Assembly (NCBI GenBank): GCA_016748015.1
Contig: JAAOMT010000372.1
Location: 496,001 to 560,000 of the forward strand
Origin: Geosiphon pyriformis uo1
Lineage: Eukaryota; Fungi; Glomeromycota
Length of the DNA stretch: 64,000 bases
Direction of reading: 5' to 3'
Position numbers and translations under genes: made by a program
Shown here: piece after piece, positions 25,201 to 38,889 of the stretch
Position numbering within the stretch: the first letter of the stretch is position 1
Layout of the letters: each line of letters opens with the position of its first letter
The notes under the pieces: generated by a model
Database searches by the model: none
What the model was told of the DNA's origin: nothing
What the model saw: only the letters and a program-made list of their open reading frames with translations

Positions 25201-28200
25201 CCAAGGATCATGGAGTGACAACGGCCAAAGCAAACCAGCCACTGAATGGAGTTGGGAAGAAAAGGGGAAAGAAAAAGAACAGGAAAAAGAACCAAAACAA
25301 ACCACCTCCTTTACTTATATTCTATATGTAACACAACCTCAAAACGCATACTGTTGACCCAAACTTGTATGCATCAGTTGTGACAAGAAACTGTCAACAA
25401 TGGGTGTATGCTGTAGTAAGGACGAAGAATGAATGACAGCAACCGAGTACTACTGTCGCCCATGCATCCTTGAATGTAATAGACGACCACCAAAAATAAA
25501 AAAATGGGACAGTACTTTGTGTTTAGCTTGTAGAGATACCCTCTTAGATGAAGGAATGTGGAAAGACATTCCTGGAAGAGAAAGAGCATGCAACAAGACA
25601 TGCCAATACACCATCCTGATCAATGACTGAGTATAAAAAGAAACTCCCATTGATGATGTCTGGAAGTGAGCATTAAGATGCCTGGAAAGATACCTACACA
25701 ACAAAGATGAGATCTGGAGAATGGCATATGCTATGTCAGAAGACGCTACAAAAGAGGAGCTGAGAGAAATCAAAAACAACCCACTTACCCTTCTTGAACC
25801 TGAGTACATTGTGACTTTTGATGTTTTTGACAATGTCAAAGACAATTCCAAGCAATCCCACAAGCACTACCAGAACCTGGCACTTACGAGAGAGGAGCAA
25901 GAACAACAGCTAGCACAATTGAATACAAGGCTGTGTCGCCATTGCCTAATTCTCAGCAACTTCAAATATTGTAACAATTGTGACCTCATTTACAATCTAC
26001 CACCATGCATGATATACACTATCCCAAAGGAAATTGAATCAATCAGCAACTGTGCATCAGAATCAGAATCAATTTTCAATCCCAATTTAAACTCTGACAA
26101 CGATGACAATAAAAACACTGGTTTTAGCTCGGTTTAATATGGTGACAAAAAGAACTCAGATTCAAACTCCGATTCAAACCATAAGCAATATATTGCACTC
26201 CTTAACCTTACTAAAGAACAAGAACTTAAATAGTTTAGCAATAATGATGAGGATATCATGCCAAAATGCGTGCATAATACTAATGCCAGGTTTAATCTAA
26301 GATATCCAGAAAAAGAAGCCATCAAATTGGAACCACATTCGCACACTTGCATTGATCTGAAAGTAGCTTTAGAAATTCTAGCAACAACAATGGTTTAACT
26401 AGCATCTAAGAGTAGTTTAGCGAAAAAAGGGATAAATATCAGAAGAGGAATAATTGACACAAAATACATAGGAAATATTATTGTTATGCTACAAAACGAC
26501 TCTGAAAAGGCCTATATCATAGAGCCAAACGAAAAGATAGCACAAGCAATATTCCTGCCTCTGGTGAAAATAGTGCAGTTAGTATCAATAGAAAATAGAA
26601 AAAAATTAGGGATAACAGCAAAAGGGATACAGAGATTTGGATCAATGAATAGAATAGATGTACTAGTCAATATGGCAAAAGAAGAAATTGTTAACCAAAA
26701 AGAAATTATCTCAATGGGTCAAGCAATTTCCATTCCACCATATGGCCAGTACATGGTAAGGATAAAGCAGGAAGTAAAAGAACAGAATCAGATTTTTGAA
26801 GCAAAACCAACCCTTTGTGAATCAGGAAAGATTGGACTCATCAATCTCCATATACCAGCCAAAAATTACAACCATATTAAAATTCCCATCTATAATAACA
26901 CAGGAAATAGCATAGTAATACCAGCCAGAACCACTATTGGATACTTAAGCACTGAAATAGAGGATCAACTACCAAGCACTATTCTGGACTTTGCACAGCT
27001 TTGTGGATATGTCAATATCACATCACAAATAATATATGGATGAAATGAATGTTATTTACTCCAACCAGAGCAATTGGAACATAGGAAACTTAGACTCACT
27101 TTAATATATGCACCTCAAGATGTTGCTCAACAATTTCAATGACATTTTTGCTAGTAAAAACAAGTTTGGCTGAACTGATATCATCCAACACTAAATCAAA
27201 ACTGGAGATGCAATGCCAATTAAATAAAGGACATACAGAGTGCCACCAGCCAGCCATGAGATCATCCATTAAGAAATCAATCAAATGCTTGACAACAGGC
27301 TAATTCAGCCATCAATGAGCCCATGGTTATTACCAGTAGTACTCATCTGAAAGAAAAATGGAAAGATTCACTTTTGTGTGGATTATAGAAAGCTTAATGG
27401 AATTACTCGTGGAGACAGCTACCCAACTCCACGAATCCAGGAATTATTCGACACTTTTGGTAGAAACAAATGGTTCTTAACATTAGACTTGAATAGTAAT
27501 TATTGGCAAGTAGCCATGGATCCAGCTAACAAGAAGAAGACAGCATTCACTACTAGAGAAGGAAATTTTGAATTTGAAATAATGCCCTTCGGCTTAACCA
27601 ATGCCCCAGCCATTTTCCAATGGCTAATGGAAATCATTTATACTGGCTTATTGTGGAAATCAGTAATTGTATACTTGGATGACATCAATGTATTCTCAAA
27701 AACATTTGATGATTATCTTTATCATCTTCAACAAGTGTTCGAAAGACTAAGAAAAGCAGGACTAAAGTTAAATGCAACAAAATGCTTCTTCGGCAAGACA
27801 GAACTAAAATTCTTGGGACACATAGTCAGTAAAGATGGCATCAAAACGGATCCAGAGAAAATAAAGATAGTAAAAAACTTTCCAGTACCAACCAATGTGA
27901 CTGAATTGAAATCATTCTTGAGATTTGCAAGCTATTATTGATGCTTTATAAAGAACTTTTCAAAAATAGCTCAACCACTCAATAATCTGCAAACCAAGAA
28001 TACCAAATATTAATGGACAGAAAGTCAACAAAAGCTTTTGATATTCTGAAAAGAAAGCTCATTTAAGCTCCAGTACTGATCTACTCAAATCACAACAAAC
28101 CATTCATTATTATTACTGATGCATCAAGTTAAGTATTGGGAGCAGTAATATCTCAGAAGGAACCAGACAGCAGAGAACATCCAATAGCTTATGCCAGCCG

Positions 28201-28474
28201 AGGTCTAACACCAGCCAAAAAGAACTATGGAACACCAGAACTAGAACATTTAGCAATCTATTGGGCAGTCATGAAGTGGAATGAATACTTGAACCAAAAG
28301 TTTGATATATACACAGATCATAAAGAGTTAACATTACTTCAAAAGCCAAAATTTGATGACAGTCGCCAATTCAGATAGAAAATGGCACTATCATGATATA
28401 CTTATACTATACACTATAAAAAAGGAAAAGACAATGGAAATACTGACAGTTTGTCGCAAATAAAACAAATCTAA
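22247..28474 (+). pseudogene. Gypsy-2 ORF1 polyprotein: Gag(CCHC)-protease-Cys-rich domain-dUTPase-RT-RNase H
   Basis: CHYCGRQEHIQFDC; LILDSGSADS; dUTPase motifs; VYLDD; TDAS..HPIAYASR..YTDH. Many TAA/TGA/TAG stops derived from transitions. Confidence 0.92.
26258..26650 (+). pseudogene. dUTPase domain of Gypsy-2
   Basis: ARFNLRYP, ASKSS, GIIDTKYIG, KIAQAIF and KGIQRFGS. Confidence 0.88.
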
Positions 28475-28535
28475 AAACATTTCAACCCAAAAATATAACA
28501 AAACCAGAACAAATACCAATGAAAAATAACAAAAG

Positions 28536-29915
28536 ATGAACATACAAAAATATTAACAACTCCAACATTATATAAATACTCAACAGTTCAAGGAGAATTT
28601 ATCTCAAATAAAATGAAAGAAGATCAAACAACAATCAAAATATTTTATCACTCACCAAAATATACTTTATTGGAAAAATAGAAGAGATCTAGATCAACCA
28701 ACCAGAGTAATTACAGAGCCAGAAAAAGAGACAATATTATTCAACATGCACTCAAATCCAACAGCAGGACACTTTCACAAAGAAGCAACCATGAAAAGAA
28801 CCAGAAAAAGATACTATTAGCCATCAATATATCCAAACATCATCCAATATGTTCAAAATTGTGACACTTGTTAGCGAAAAGGAGGAACAAGACCCAGTGA
28901 ACCATTAAGACCAATCAAAATGGGACAACCATTTGACTGGATTGGAATTGATTTAGTCAGACCATTAACAATCACCAGCAGAGAAAACAGATATATAGCA
29001 ATAGCCATGGACTATCTTACTAAATGGCCAGAGGCAAAAGCAATTCAAAGAGTGGATGCAGAATCTGTTGCCAAATTTGTTCATCAAGATTTGATTTGTC
29101 AACACAGATGTCCAAAAGAATTACTCTTAGACCAAAGAACTCATTTTGTGAACAGAACATTAGCAGAATTGAGCCAAAGATTCGGAATTAAGAGACCACT
29201 ATCATCACCATACCATCCACAAACCAACAAATTAGTCAAAAAATTTAACAGAACATTGTGTGAAGCGATAGCCAAGCTCAGCCAAAAGAATCAAGATGAT
29301 TGGGATTTATTAATACCATTGGTATTATTTGCTTATCGAACAATAAAGCAAGATACTACACAAGCAACACCATTTGAATTGGTATATGGTAGAACAGCAA
29401 CATTACCAGTTAAAATAGAAGTCAACATGTATCCAACAGAACCAATAATAGAAGAAAATTTCCTAGAAACATTGTTGAGAAGAACATATGACTTGATAAA
29501 AACTTTGGAAAACAAAAAAAGAAAAGCAGCTGACAATATACAAAAGTCACAAGAAAAACAGAAAGAATGACATGATAGCCAACTACCAGACAAACCAGTA
29601 GAATTCAGGATTGGAGACAAAGTACTTTTATATTACACCAAAGTGGAAAAACAATGGAGTAGAAAATTTGACTCCAAATAGGATGAACTATTTTACATAA
29701 AAGAAATTCTAGGAAATGGAGCTTATAAATTAAGGTTGAACAACAAAATCTTGACCAAAGCAGCACATGAAGATTGACTAAAACCATATTACCAAACATC
29801 AGCATCCACCAGTAATATTCTACAATTGGAAGTACAATGAATACTAGTCAAACCAGATAAGATTTCATGAGATCTAGAACCAATTATTATCATTGGTACC
29901 AACATGTCAAATTAA
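28536..29915 (+). pseudogene. Gypsy-2 integrase, separate ORF with its own ATG
   Basis: MNIQKY..; HHCC (MHSNPTAGHF..CDTC); IGIDLV, DQRTHF and YHPQTN; C-terminal SH3-like region. Confidence 0.9.
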
Positions 29916-29940
29916 TTAACAAAAGAACATATAAAAAGAC

Positions 29941-30603
29941 ATGGTTGACATGACAAAAGAAAGCCGAAAAATGAAAATCACAGACAACATCCACTCCCTA
30001 ACACAACAACTCTTTCAATTAATCCAACAACAAGAAATAGAGATTATAATCAATCAACAGACTATTCAGTACAGAAACACAACAAAAAGACCACAACACA
30101 GAATACAAAAAAAACCTGAAAATATGATAGAAAAAATAATTACAAAAGTAAAATTGGCAATAAAAGGACAACAAGTAGTCAGACAATACCAAGAATTGAC
30201 CAAAAAAACTTGGAATTGGTGGACCCAGCAATTTTCAAAAAACTACTGTTATTTCTATTTGGGACAACATGTAGATATCCAGAATTTGTATATGGATAAA
30301 ACAAAATGGTTGTTTAATAACACAATACTACAACAGTTGGAATCTTTTGTAAAGAAAAACAACTTATCCACACAAGCCCGAGCCATTTACAGAATACATG
30401 CTGTATTTCAAGACCAGCCAGAGATTCTACTTGACAAAGCAATGGATACTGTGACTATTAACCAATGGGGAAAAATCACCAATGCCCAATTTGAAAAATT
30501 ACAGACACAAATAATACAAATAATTTTAGAAAAAAAAATTCAAGAAATAGTACAAGAGGAGGAATTAGAAAAGTTAGGAAAGTTCGATGGAGCTCAATAT
30601 TAA
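29941..30603 (+). CDS. Gypsy-2 ORF3, 220-aa protein of unknown function (intact)
   Basis: Open ORF with homologs in Gypsy-1 and Gypsy-3; conserved C-terminus FDGAQY* abutting the PPT. Confidence 0.75.
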   Translation: MVDMTKESRKMKITDNIHSLTQQLFQLIQQQEIEIIINQQTIQYRNTTKRPQHRIQKKPENMIEKIITKVKLAIKGQQVVRQYQELTKKTWNWWTQQFSKNYCYFYLGQHVDIQNLYMDKTKWLFNNTILQQLESFVKKNNLSTQARAIYRIHAVFQDQPEILLDKAMDTVTINQWGKITNAQFEKLQTQIIQIILEKKIQEIVQEEELEKLGKFDGAQY

Positions 30604-31523
30604 AAAAAGAGAATAATATTATGCATAAATTATAGGAATTATATTAGGATATAAATTAGCCAATCAGAGTAGACATAATAAATGTGGAATTCCAGGATTC
30701 TTCTGAGGAATCACAGGATTCCAGAAATTTCAAAATTCTCCATTGAGAAATTGCAGGATTCCAGGAATTTCAGAATTCTCCATTGAAGAATCGCAGGATT
30801 TCAGAATTCCAGGATTCCTCTCATCAGGAATTGCAAGATTCTAGGAATCCCAGGATTCCTATTGTGAAGAATTGAGGAATTGAAGAATCTCAATTATGTA
30901 TATATAAGAATAGTGTTAAAAACAGAAAGAGACATCCAGTTTAGATTTAATCTAAGCAACTCTCCAAATCACAATCATCTAATAAATAACTATTTGTTAT
31001 TTCAAATCTATTTCCACTATTAACACTTCATGTTAATAGTAATCGACACTTAACCATACTGGAACAATAGCTCTTGATTATGGCTATTGACAAAATACTA
31101 ACTTACCAAATCGTCTTGACTTATTTTCTTTACTTTTTTTTCTTTCTTTTATTTTCTTTCTTTTTCTTTGATTTTGTTGTCACATACTAATTAATTGAGG
31201 ATTAAAAGCACTGAGTTATTGACATCACGGATAGCCTGGTAAAATACTCAGAAATAAGGGTAGATTTATATATATTATTGGTTAGCTTATCAGAAAGGCA
31301 CAACTGCCAAAATAAATCTGGCCACCAAGCTGAAAAAGAAATTGGGAACCAACTAAACATGCGAACACTATTACTATTGAATCTCTGTCTATTATACAAA
31401 GAACTTCATCAAAACCCTTAGATACAACACTTTTAGAACATTATCAACGGAAATAGCTTTTGAGCACCAAGTTACGGGTTTGTTATTTAATTCAACAGCA
31501 GAAATAATCACTTGTAACAACAC

Positions 31524-34500
31524 CCAAAAGAATACAACCACTCACTTGGAAGAAAACCAGAATTGAATCACCAATTGCTCCATCCTATTACTACACACTG
31601 GGAAGTGCCATCAATATAACATTAGCAAGCGCATCCACATCAAATGTGATATCAACATTTGGACAATTCCTATTCCAAAGTAAACAAAGGAAAACAGATC
31701 TACTAGGACCATATGGCAAATATTTTGAAGGATTTAAATTGTGATTACCAACACCATTAGGAATTTGATTACCACCACTTCAACTGAACTTTGGAACCAC
31801 TACACCATAGGAACTATCTAAAGAAGAAGAGGAAGAAGAATCGGAAGATCAGGAATTTACTTACCAAAACCCGATCCTTGAAAACCCAGAATTTGGAACC
31901 CCAAACATTCAAACTCAGCAAAAAAATCCAGAAATCAAAATTCCAAATATTCAAGCACCACAAAATCAAAACTCTGAAGTAATTAATCAACATTTACCTC
32001 CAGTTATTGTCATCAATCAACCACCAGTTGAACCAATTGGTCAGCCCATCCAAACACCAAACCAATAAAATCAACAACCACCCCCAGTACTGCCTCAACA
32101 ACAACAACAACTTCCACCACAGTAACAACAACAAATAGCATATGCACCAATTGTGAAGCTCGACAAATTCACTGGCAAAGAGAATGATACACAAGTTTGG
32201 CTAAACAATGTAGAAAAAACCATTGCAGCCAACAGATGGAATGATGTCAGAGCCATACAAGCCATACTCTATTTTCTCAAGGATACAGCAAACTCATGGT
32301 ATCAAAGCCTGGTTAACAAACCCCAAGATTTCAAACTAGAATTTTTGAGATACTTTAGCAATAACAATAGCATCAACGATTAGCCAACACTTTCACTATA
32401 ATTAAACAAGAAAAAACTGAAGCAGTTACTACATATCTAAGATGCTTCCATAGAAATCTGCAATAAATCCAAGCAATTGATGCTAATTATTTTACAGTGC
32501 CACAAATTTTCAATCAATTCATCTGTGACCTGCACAGTAGCATTTTGCAACATGTATGCCCATTGCATCCAGCCACTCTTCAGGATGCAGTCACACATGC
32601 CAGAGATTTTGAATCTGCCGAATTAGAAGCCAATCACATCCACGCCATGAACCTAGTGATGAATAGATCATCTGAATTAAATTTCAAATTGAAACAATTC
32701 AGTGATTCAATTAATCAGAAATTAGAAAGATACTTAGCTGACAATTACACAATTTATTAACCACTACAATAATGCAATAATCTAAGAAACATGAATTGTT
32801 TCCAAAATCAGTCATGTCCATTATCATTATTAGCAGCACCTAATTAGCTGTGGCAGCCAGAAATGTGTGTTTGCCACAACTGTGGTAAACAAGAACACAT
32901 AAGAGCAGACTACAGATTTTATAGCAACAATTTATGATCGGGAAATCAATATTGAAACCCCGATCGCAGATTTCAAACTCCAAATCATTACCCAAATCAA
33001 GATTAAACTACTTACCTGCCAATGACACAGTCACAAATCTATCAACCACCAGTATATCAAACTCCAGTCTATTAAACACCTGCAATCTATCAACCACAGT
33101 CACAAGTAATTTATCAGCTACAATCTCAAGTAATTTATCAATCCCAACAACAAATTCAAATACTGCTACAAAACTTGTCTCAAAATGGAATCCAAAGGCT
33201 GAGAATAATACAACAAAACTAGCAATTGGTGATAGTAGTCCACCAACTGATCTCCAGTTTGTCAAATCAGCAAACAGGATCTCGTCAGTAAAATTCAAGT
33301 ACTGGTGCCACCCAAAACCCAAATTCCCAAAACTATTTAAGTCTCCTGGTTACTCCAGAAGATGCCCTACCCACTGAACCGAAAACCAACCTATAATTAA
33401 TACTTACCTGCAATATCCCACCAGCCACCATCACAGAAGATGAGTTACTTGCAGTCATATTTTCATTTAAAATTGAGAAACCATTAGAAGTTCTTTTGTT
33501 CAGTAGAGCCACTATTGAGAAAAAACCCATCATGGTAATGTACACCAATGTCAAAATTAATGGCCATTCTATCAAGCTCATTTTGGATAATGAGTCAGCA
33601 AGCAGCATTATCACATGACAACTTATAGACCAATTAGGTCACCAAGTTGATCATGCTACCAGTGCCAGAATTATAACAGCCGATGAAGCAACCAAAATTT
33701 CTATTGGCAAGATTAACAATCTACCCATTGAAATTAATAACATCACTCTACCAATCAAGGTATTAGTAATGAAAGCAACCCAGTATCAAGCTCTCGTTGG
33801 CAATGACTGGTTGTCCAAGACCAACGCAATGCTCAACTGGAACATGCAAAAACTCCAACTCAGCCAAAATGACCAACACATGCAAGTACTGGTCACGTGT
33901 GGCCATTTCAAATCTAACAATGTTATGTCATCAATGCTGCTTATTGATTTTGAGAAGGAAAAACCAAAGCCTACTTGGGAGGCATACTAAGTATTGTGGA
34001 CTGACGTCGAGCACAATGAGCTACTGCCAATTCTAGACTGGAAAGAAAAGAACAATGTAAAGAGAAAAGGAACAGAAATAGAAGAACATATCTGGGAGAC
34101 CACTATCAATGCCTAAAACAACAACAATGAAAGCAAAGCAATGCCAACCAGCTGAGAAGAAAAAGGAAAAGGAAAAGAGAAAGAAGAAGACTTATCTGAA
34201 AAAGCCAACAAAGCCACAGAAAAAATAACCAGTGGCTGGAAAAGAAAATATTTACATGAGCCAGTAAGGAAACACCTTACATTCCCTTAAAATGTCAGGA
34301 CTGTAAGAAAAAACTCTCTTCCATGGGAGCATAGATCATGCCAGATGAAGACTACTGAACACAAACCCACTACTACTGCAAACCATGCCATAGAGAACAC
34401 TATGGTTACCCAAAACAACAAGACAAATGGGACAATGAACTATGTCTTGCTTGCGGCAAACAGTTACTCGACAAAGAAATGTGGAACAACATTCCTAGTC

Positions 34501-37425
34501 GAGGAGGAATGTGTGATGCTTCGTGCCAATACATGATCTTCATCAGTAATTGAGTAAGTTGTGGCACACCAATAACAGCCGCCTAGCACCGAGCAATCTC
34601 TTGCTTAGAAGATTACCCACATAACGAAAACAAAATCTGGCAAATGGCCAATGCCAAAGTAGAAGGCACTTTGCCCAGTGAAATTCTGGAGATTAAGAAC
34701 AACTCTTCAAAACCAACAGACATTGTTTTGGTTCTCAACCTGGACGTTTTTTTCAACTTAGAAAACAGCCCAAAAGAATTCCATGAACACTATCAAAACT
34801 TAGCACCCACCAGAGAAGAGCAAAAACAAAGATTGGAAGAAATAAACACTCGACTATGTGACCATTGTTTGATTCCATGTGACTTTCAATATTGTAATGA
34901 ATGTGACCTTATTTACAATTCACCATCACACATGATCTACATGATTTCTGAAGAGGAAAAACCAATCAGCAGCTGTGCATCAGAATTGAAATCAATTTTC
35001 AATCCCAATTCAAACTCCGACAAGGACGACAATAAAAACACCAGTTCCAGTTCCATTCAAAATAACATTAACAATGACAATAATTCCAACTCAGATTTAA
35101 ACTCTGATTTAAACTACGAACAATATATCGCACTCCTCGACCTCACTAAGGAGCAGGAACTTAAATGGTTTAGCAATAACAATGAAGGTATTATGCCAGA
35201 ACACACACATGATATAGATGCCAGGTTTGATTTGAGGTATCTAGGAAAAGAAGCCATCAAATTGAAACCACATTTACGCACCTGCATTAATCTGAAAATA
35301 GTGCTGGAAATTCCAGCAACAATAATGGTTCAACTAGCATTGAGGAGTAATTTAGCAAAAAAAGGGATAAACATTAGAGGAGGAATAATTGACACAGGAT
35401 ATGTAGGAAATATCATTGCTATGCTACAAAATGATTCGGAAAAGGCCTATATAATAGAGCCAAATGAGAAGATAGCACAGGCAATATTCCTGCCTCTGGT
35501 AAAAATAGCTCAGTTAGTGTCAGTGAGAAATAGGAAAGAGTTAGGAATAACAGCAAGAGGGATACAAAGATTTGGGTCAACAGGTAGAATAGATGTACCA
35601 GTTAATATGGTGGAGAAAAAAATTGTTGGCCAAGAAGAAATTATCTCAACCAGTCAAGCTATTTCTATTTCACCATATAGCCAGTATATGTTAGCAATAG
35701 AAAGGAAAAAAAAAAAGCAAGAACAGATTTTTGAAGCTAAAACAAACCTTTGTAAATCAGGAGAGATTGAACTGATCAATCTCCACATACCAGTCAAAAG
35801 CTATAGCTGCATAAAAATTTCCATCTACAACAATACTGGCAATGTTATTAACATACCAAAAAGAACCATCATCAGATATTTAACTACAGAAATAGAAAAC
35901 CAACCACCAAACACCAAACACCATTCCGGACTTTTCACAGCTTTGTGGATATGTCAATATTACATCACAAACAATATATAGATGAAGCAAATATTATTTA
36001 CTCCAACCAGAACAATTGAAACAAATGAACATAGAAAACTTAGACCCACTCCAACATATGCAACTTAAGATGTTGCTTAACAATTTCAATGACATCTTTG
36101 CCAGCAAAAATGAGTTTGGCTGAACTGACATCATCCAGCATTAGATCAAGACTGGAGATGCAATGCCAATTAAACAAAGAGCATACAGAGTACCACCAGC
36201 CAGCCATGAGATCATTTGTCAAGAGATAAACCAAATGCTTGACAACAAGTTAATTCAACTATCAATGAGCCCATGGTTGTCACTAGTGGTATTTGTCCAT
36301 AAAAAGAATGAAAAAATCCAATTTTGTGTGGACTACAAAAAACTCAATGGTGTAACTCATGGAGACAGCTATCCAACTCCACAAATACAAAAATTATTTG
36401 ACACTTTCGGCGAAAACAAATGGTTTTCAACATTAGACTTGGACAGTGGTTACTAACAAGTAGCCATGAATCCAGCCGACAAAGAAAAAATGGCATTCAC
36501 AACTAGAGAAGAAAATTTTGAATTTGAAGTTATGCCATTTGGCTTAACCAACACTCCAGCTACATTCCAACGGCTAATGGAAATCATGTACACTAGCTTA
36601 TTGTGGAAATCAGTAGTTGTATACTTAGATGACACCAATGTATTCTTAAAAACATTTAATGACCATTTTCATCATTTTCAACAAGTGTTCGAAAGGCTAA
36701 GAAGAGCAGGACTAAAGTTAAATACAACAAAGTGCTTCTTTGGCAAGACAAAACTAAAATTCTTAGGACATATAGTTAGCAAAAACGGCATAAAAACAGA
36801 TTCAGAGAAAATAGAGATAGTAAAAAACTTTCCAATACCAACCAACATGACCGAGCTGAAATCATTCTTGGAATTTGTAAGCTATTATCAATGCTTTATA
36901 AAGAACTTTTTAAAGATAGCTCAACCACTCAATAATCTACAAACCAAGAATACAAAATATGAATAAACAGAAAATCAACAAAAAGCTTTTGATATTCTGA
37001 AAAGAAAGCTCATTCAAGCTCCAGTACTGATCTACTCAGATCACAACAAACCATTCATTATTACCACTGATGCATTAGGTTAAGCATTGGGAGCAGTACT
37101 ATCTCAGAGAGGATTGGATGGAAGAAAACATCTAGTCACATATGCCAGCCAAGGTTTGACTTCAGCCAAAAAGAACTATGGAACACCAGAATTAGAACAT
37201 CTAGCAATCTACTGGACAGTTATGAAATGGAAAGAATACTTGAACCAAAAGTTTGAAATGTATACAGATCACAAAGAATTAACATCACTCCAAAAACAAG
37301 AATTTGGAGATGGAAGACAGTCAAAATGGAAAATAGCACTTTTGTCATATACTTATACCATATATTATAAAAAGGAAAAAGACAATGGAAATGCTGACAG
37401 TTTGTCACAAATGAGACAAATCTAA
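31524..37425 (+). pseudogene. Gypsy-1 ORF1 polyprotein, main part (N-terminal gag piece at 21047-21398)
   Basis: Capsid (KLDKFTG..VWL); CHNCGKQEHIRAD knuckle; protease LILDNES; 445-aa ORF 34644-35981 containing the dUTPase; RT YLDD; RNase H ending NADSLSQMRQI*. Confidence 0.92.
35193..35586 (+). pseudogene. dUTPase domain of Gypsy-1 (all five motifs, uninterrupted)
   Basis: DARFDL / LRSNL / GGIIDTGYVG / KIAQAIF / RGIQRFGSTG correspond to trimeric dUTPase motifs 1-5. Confidence 0.93.
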
Positions 37426-37487
37426 GAACATTTTAACCCAAAAAATATAACAAAATCAAAACAATACTCATAAAAATATAACAAAAG

Positions 37488-38866
37488 ATGAACACACAAA
37501 AATATCAACAACTTCAACATTATATAGATATTCAACAGTTCAAGGAGAAATTATCTCAACTGGAACAAAAGAGAATCAAACAACAATCCAAATATTTTAT
37601 CACTCACCAAAATATACTTTATTAGAAAAATAGAAAAGATTCAGATCAACCAACCAGAATAATTACAGAACCGGAAAAGAAACAATACTGTTCAACATGC
37701 ACTCAGATCCAACTGCAGAACATTTTCATAAAAAAGCAACCATAGAAAGAACCAGAAAAAGATACTATTGGCCATTAATATATTCAGATATCATACAATA
37801 TGTGCAAAATTATGATGCTTGTCAAAGAAAAGAAGGAACAAAACCTAGCAAACCATTGAAACCAATCAAAGTGAGACAACTATTTAATTACATTGGAATC
37901 AATTTAGTCGGACTATTGACAATTACTAGCAGAAGCAACAGATATATTGCAGTAGCCATGGACTATCTTACTAAATGGCCAGAAGCAAAAGCAATTCAAA
38001 GAGTGGATGCAGAATCCATTGCCGAATTCGTTTATCAAGAGTTGATCTGCCAACACGGATGTCCAAAAGAATTATTGTCAGATCAAAGAACTCACTTTGT
38101 GAACAGAACACTAGCAGAGTTAAGTCAAAAATTTGGAGTTAAGAGACCATTGTCATCACCATACTATTCACAAACCAATAGACTAATTGAAAGATTCAAT
38201 AGAACACTGTGTGAAGCAGTTACCAAGATCAGTTAAGAGAACCAAGATAAATGAGATTTGTTTATACCATCAATATTATTTGCTTATTGGACAATAAAGC
38301 AAGACACTATATAAGCAACACTATTTAAATTAATATACAATAGAACAGCAACACTACCAGTCGAGATAGAAGTCAACACTTATCCAACAGAACCAATAAC
38401 TGTAGACAATTTTCAAGAAATATTACTAAGAAGAACATATAATTTGATGGAAACTCTAAAAAACAAGCAACAAAGAGCAGCTGATAACATTAAAAAAGCA
38501 CAAGAGAAACAAAAAGAGAGGCATAATAACCAACTACCAGACAAACCAGTTGAATTCAAGATTGGAGACAAAGTACTTTTACATCATACTAAAGTGGAAA
38601 AACAATGGAGTGAGAAATTTGACCCCAAATGGGATGGACCATTTCATATAGAAGAAATTCTAGAAAATAGAGCTTACAAATTAAGACTGAACAACAGAAT
38701 TTTAGCCAAAGTAGCACATAGTAATTGACTGAAACCATATCACCAGATAGCATTTGCATCTACCAACATTCCACAACTGGGAATACAAAGAATACTAGTC
38801 CAACCAAATGAGATTTCATGAGACTTAGAATCAATCATTATCATTAACAATAACACATTCAATTGA
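37488..38866 (+). pseudogene. Gypsy-1 integrase, separate ORF
   Basis: ATG at 37488 (MNTQKYQQLQHY), in a different frame from RNase H; HHCC, rve core and WDGPF motif. Confidence 0.9.
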
Positions 38867-38889
38867 TCAACAAAAGAATATATAAGAAC

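Larger units (their letters stand above)
21399..31519 (+). mobile_element. Gypsy-2: full-length LTR retrotransposon inserted into Gypsy-1 gag
   Basis: LTRs 21399-22184 and 30617-31519; TSD ACAC (21395-98 / 31520-23). Gypsy-1 gag resumes in frame (QTPVVT|PKRIQP). Confidence 0.95.

Noticed and set aside
29941-30603. ORF3 as a retroviral envelope gene
   Set aside because: Too short, with no hydrophobic TM/signal segment or evident fusion peptide.
30680-30870. Regularly spaced, partly palindromic repeats resembling a CRISPR array (also 52790-52985)
   Set aside because: The units are tandem without unique spacers, lie inside LTR U3, and no cas genes are present.
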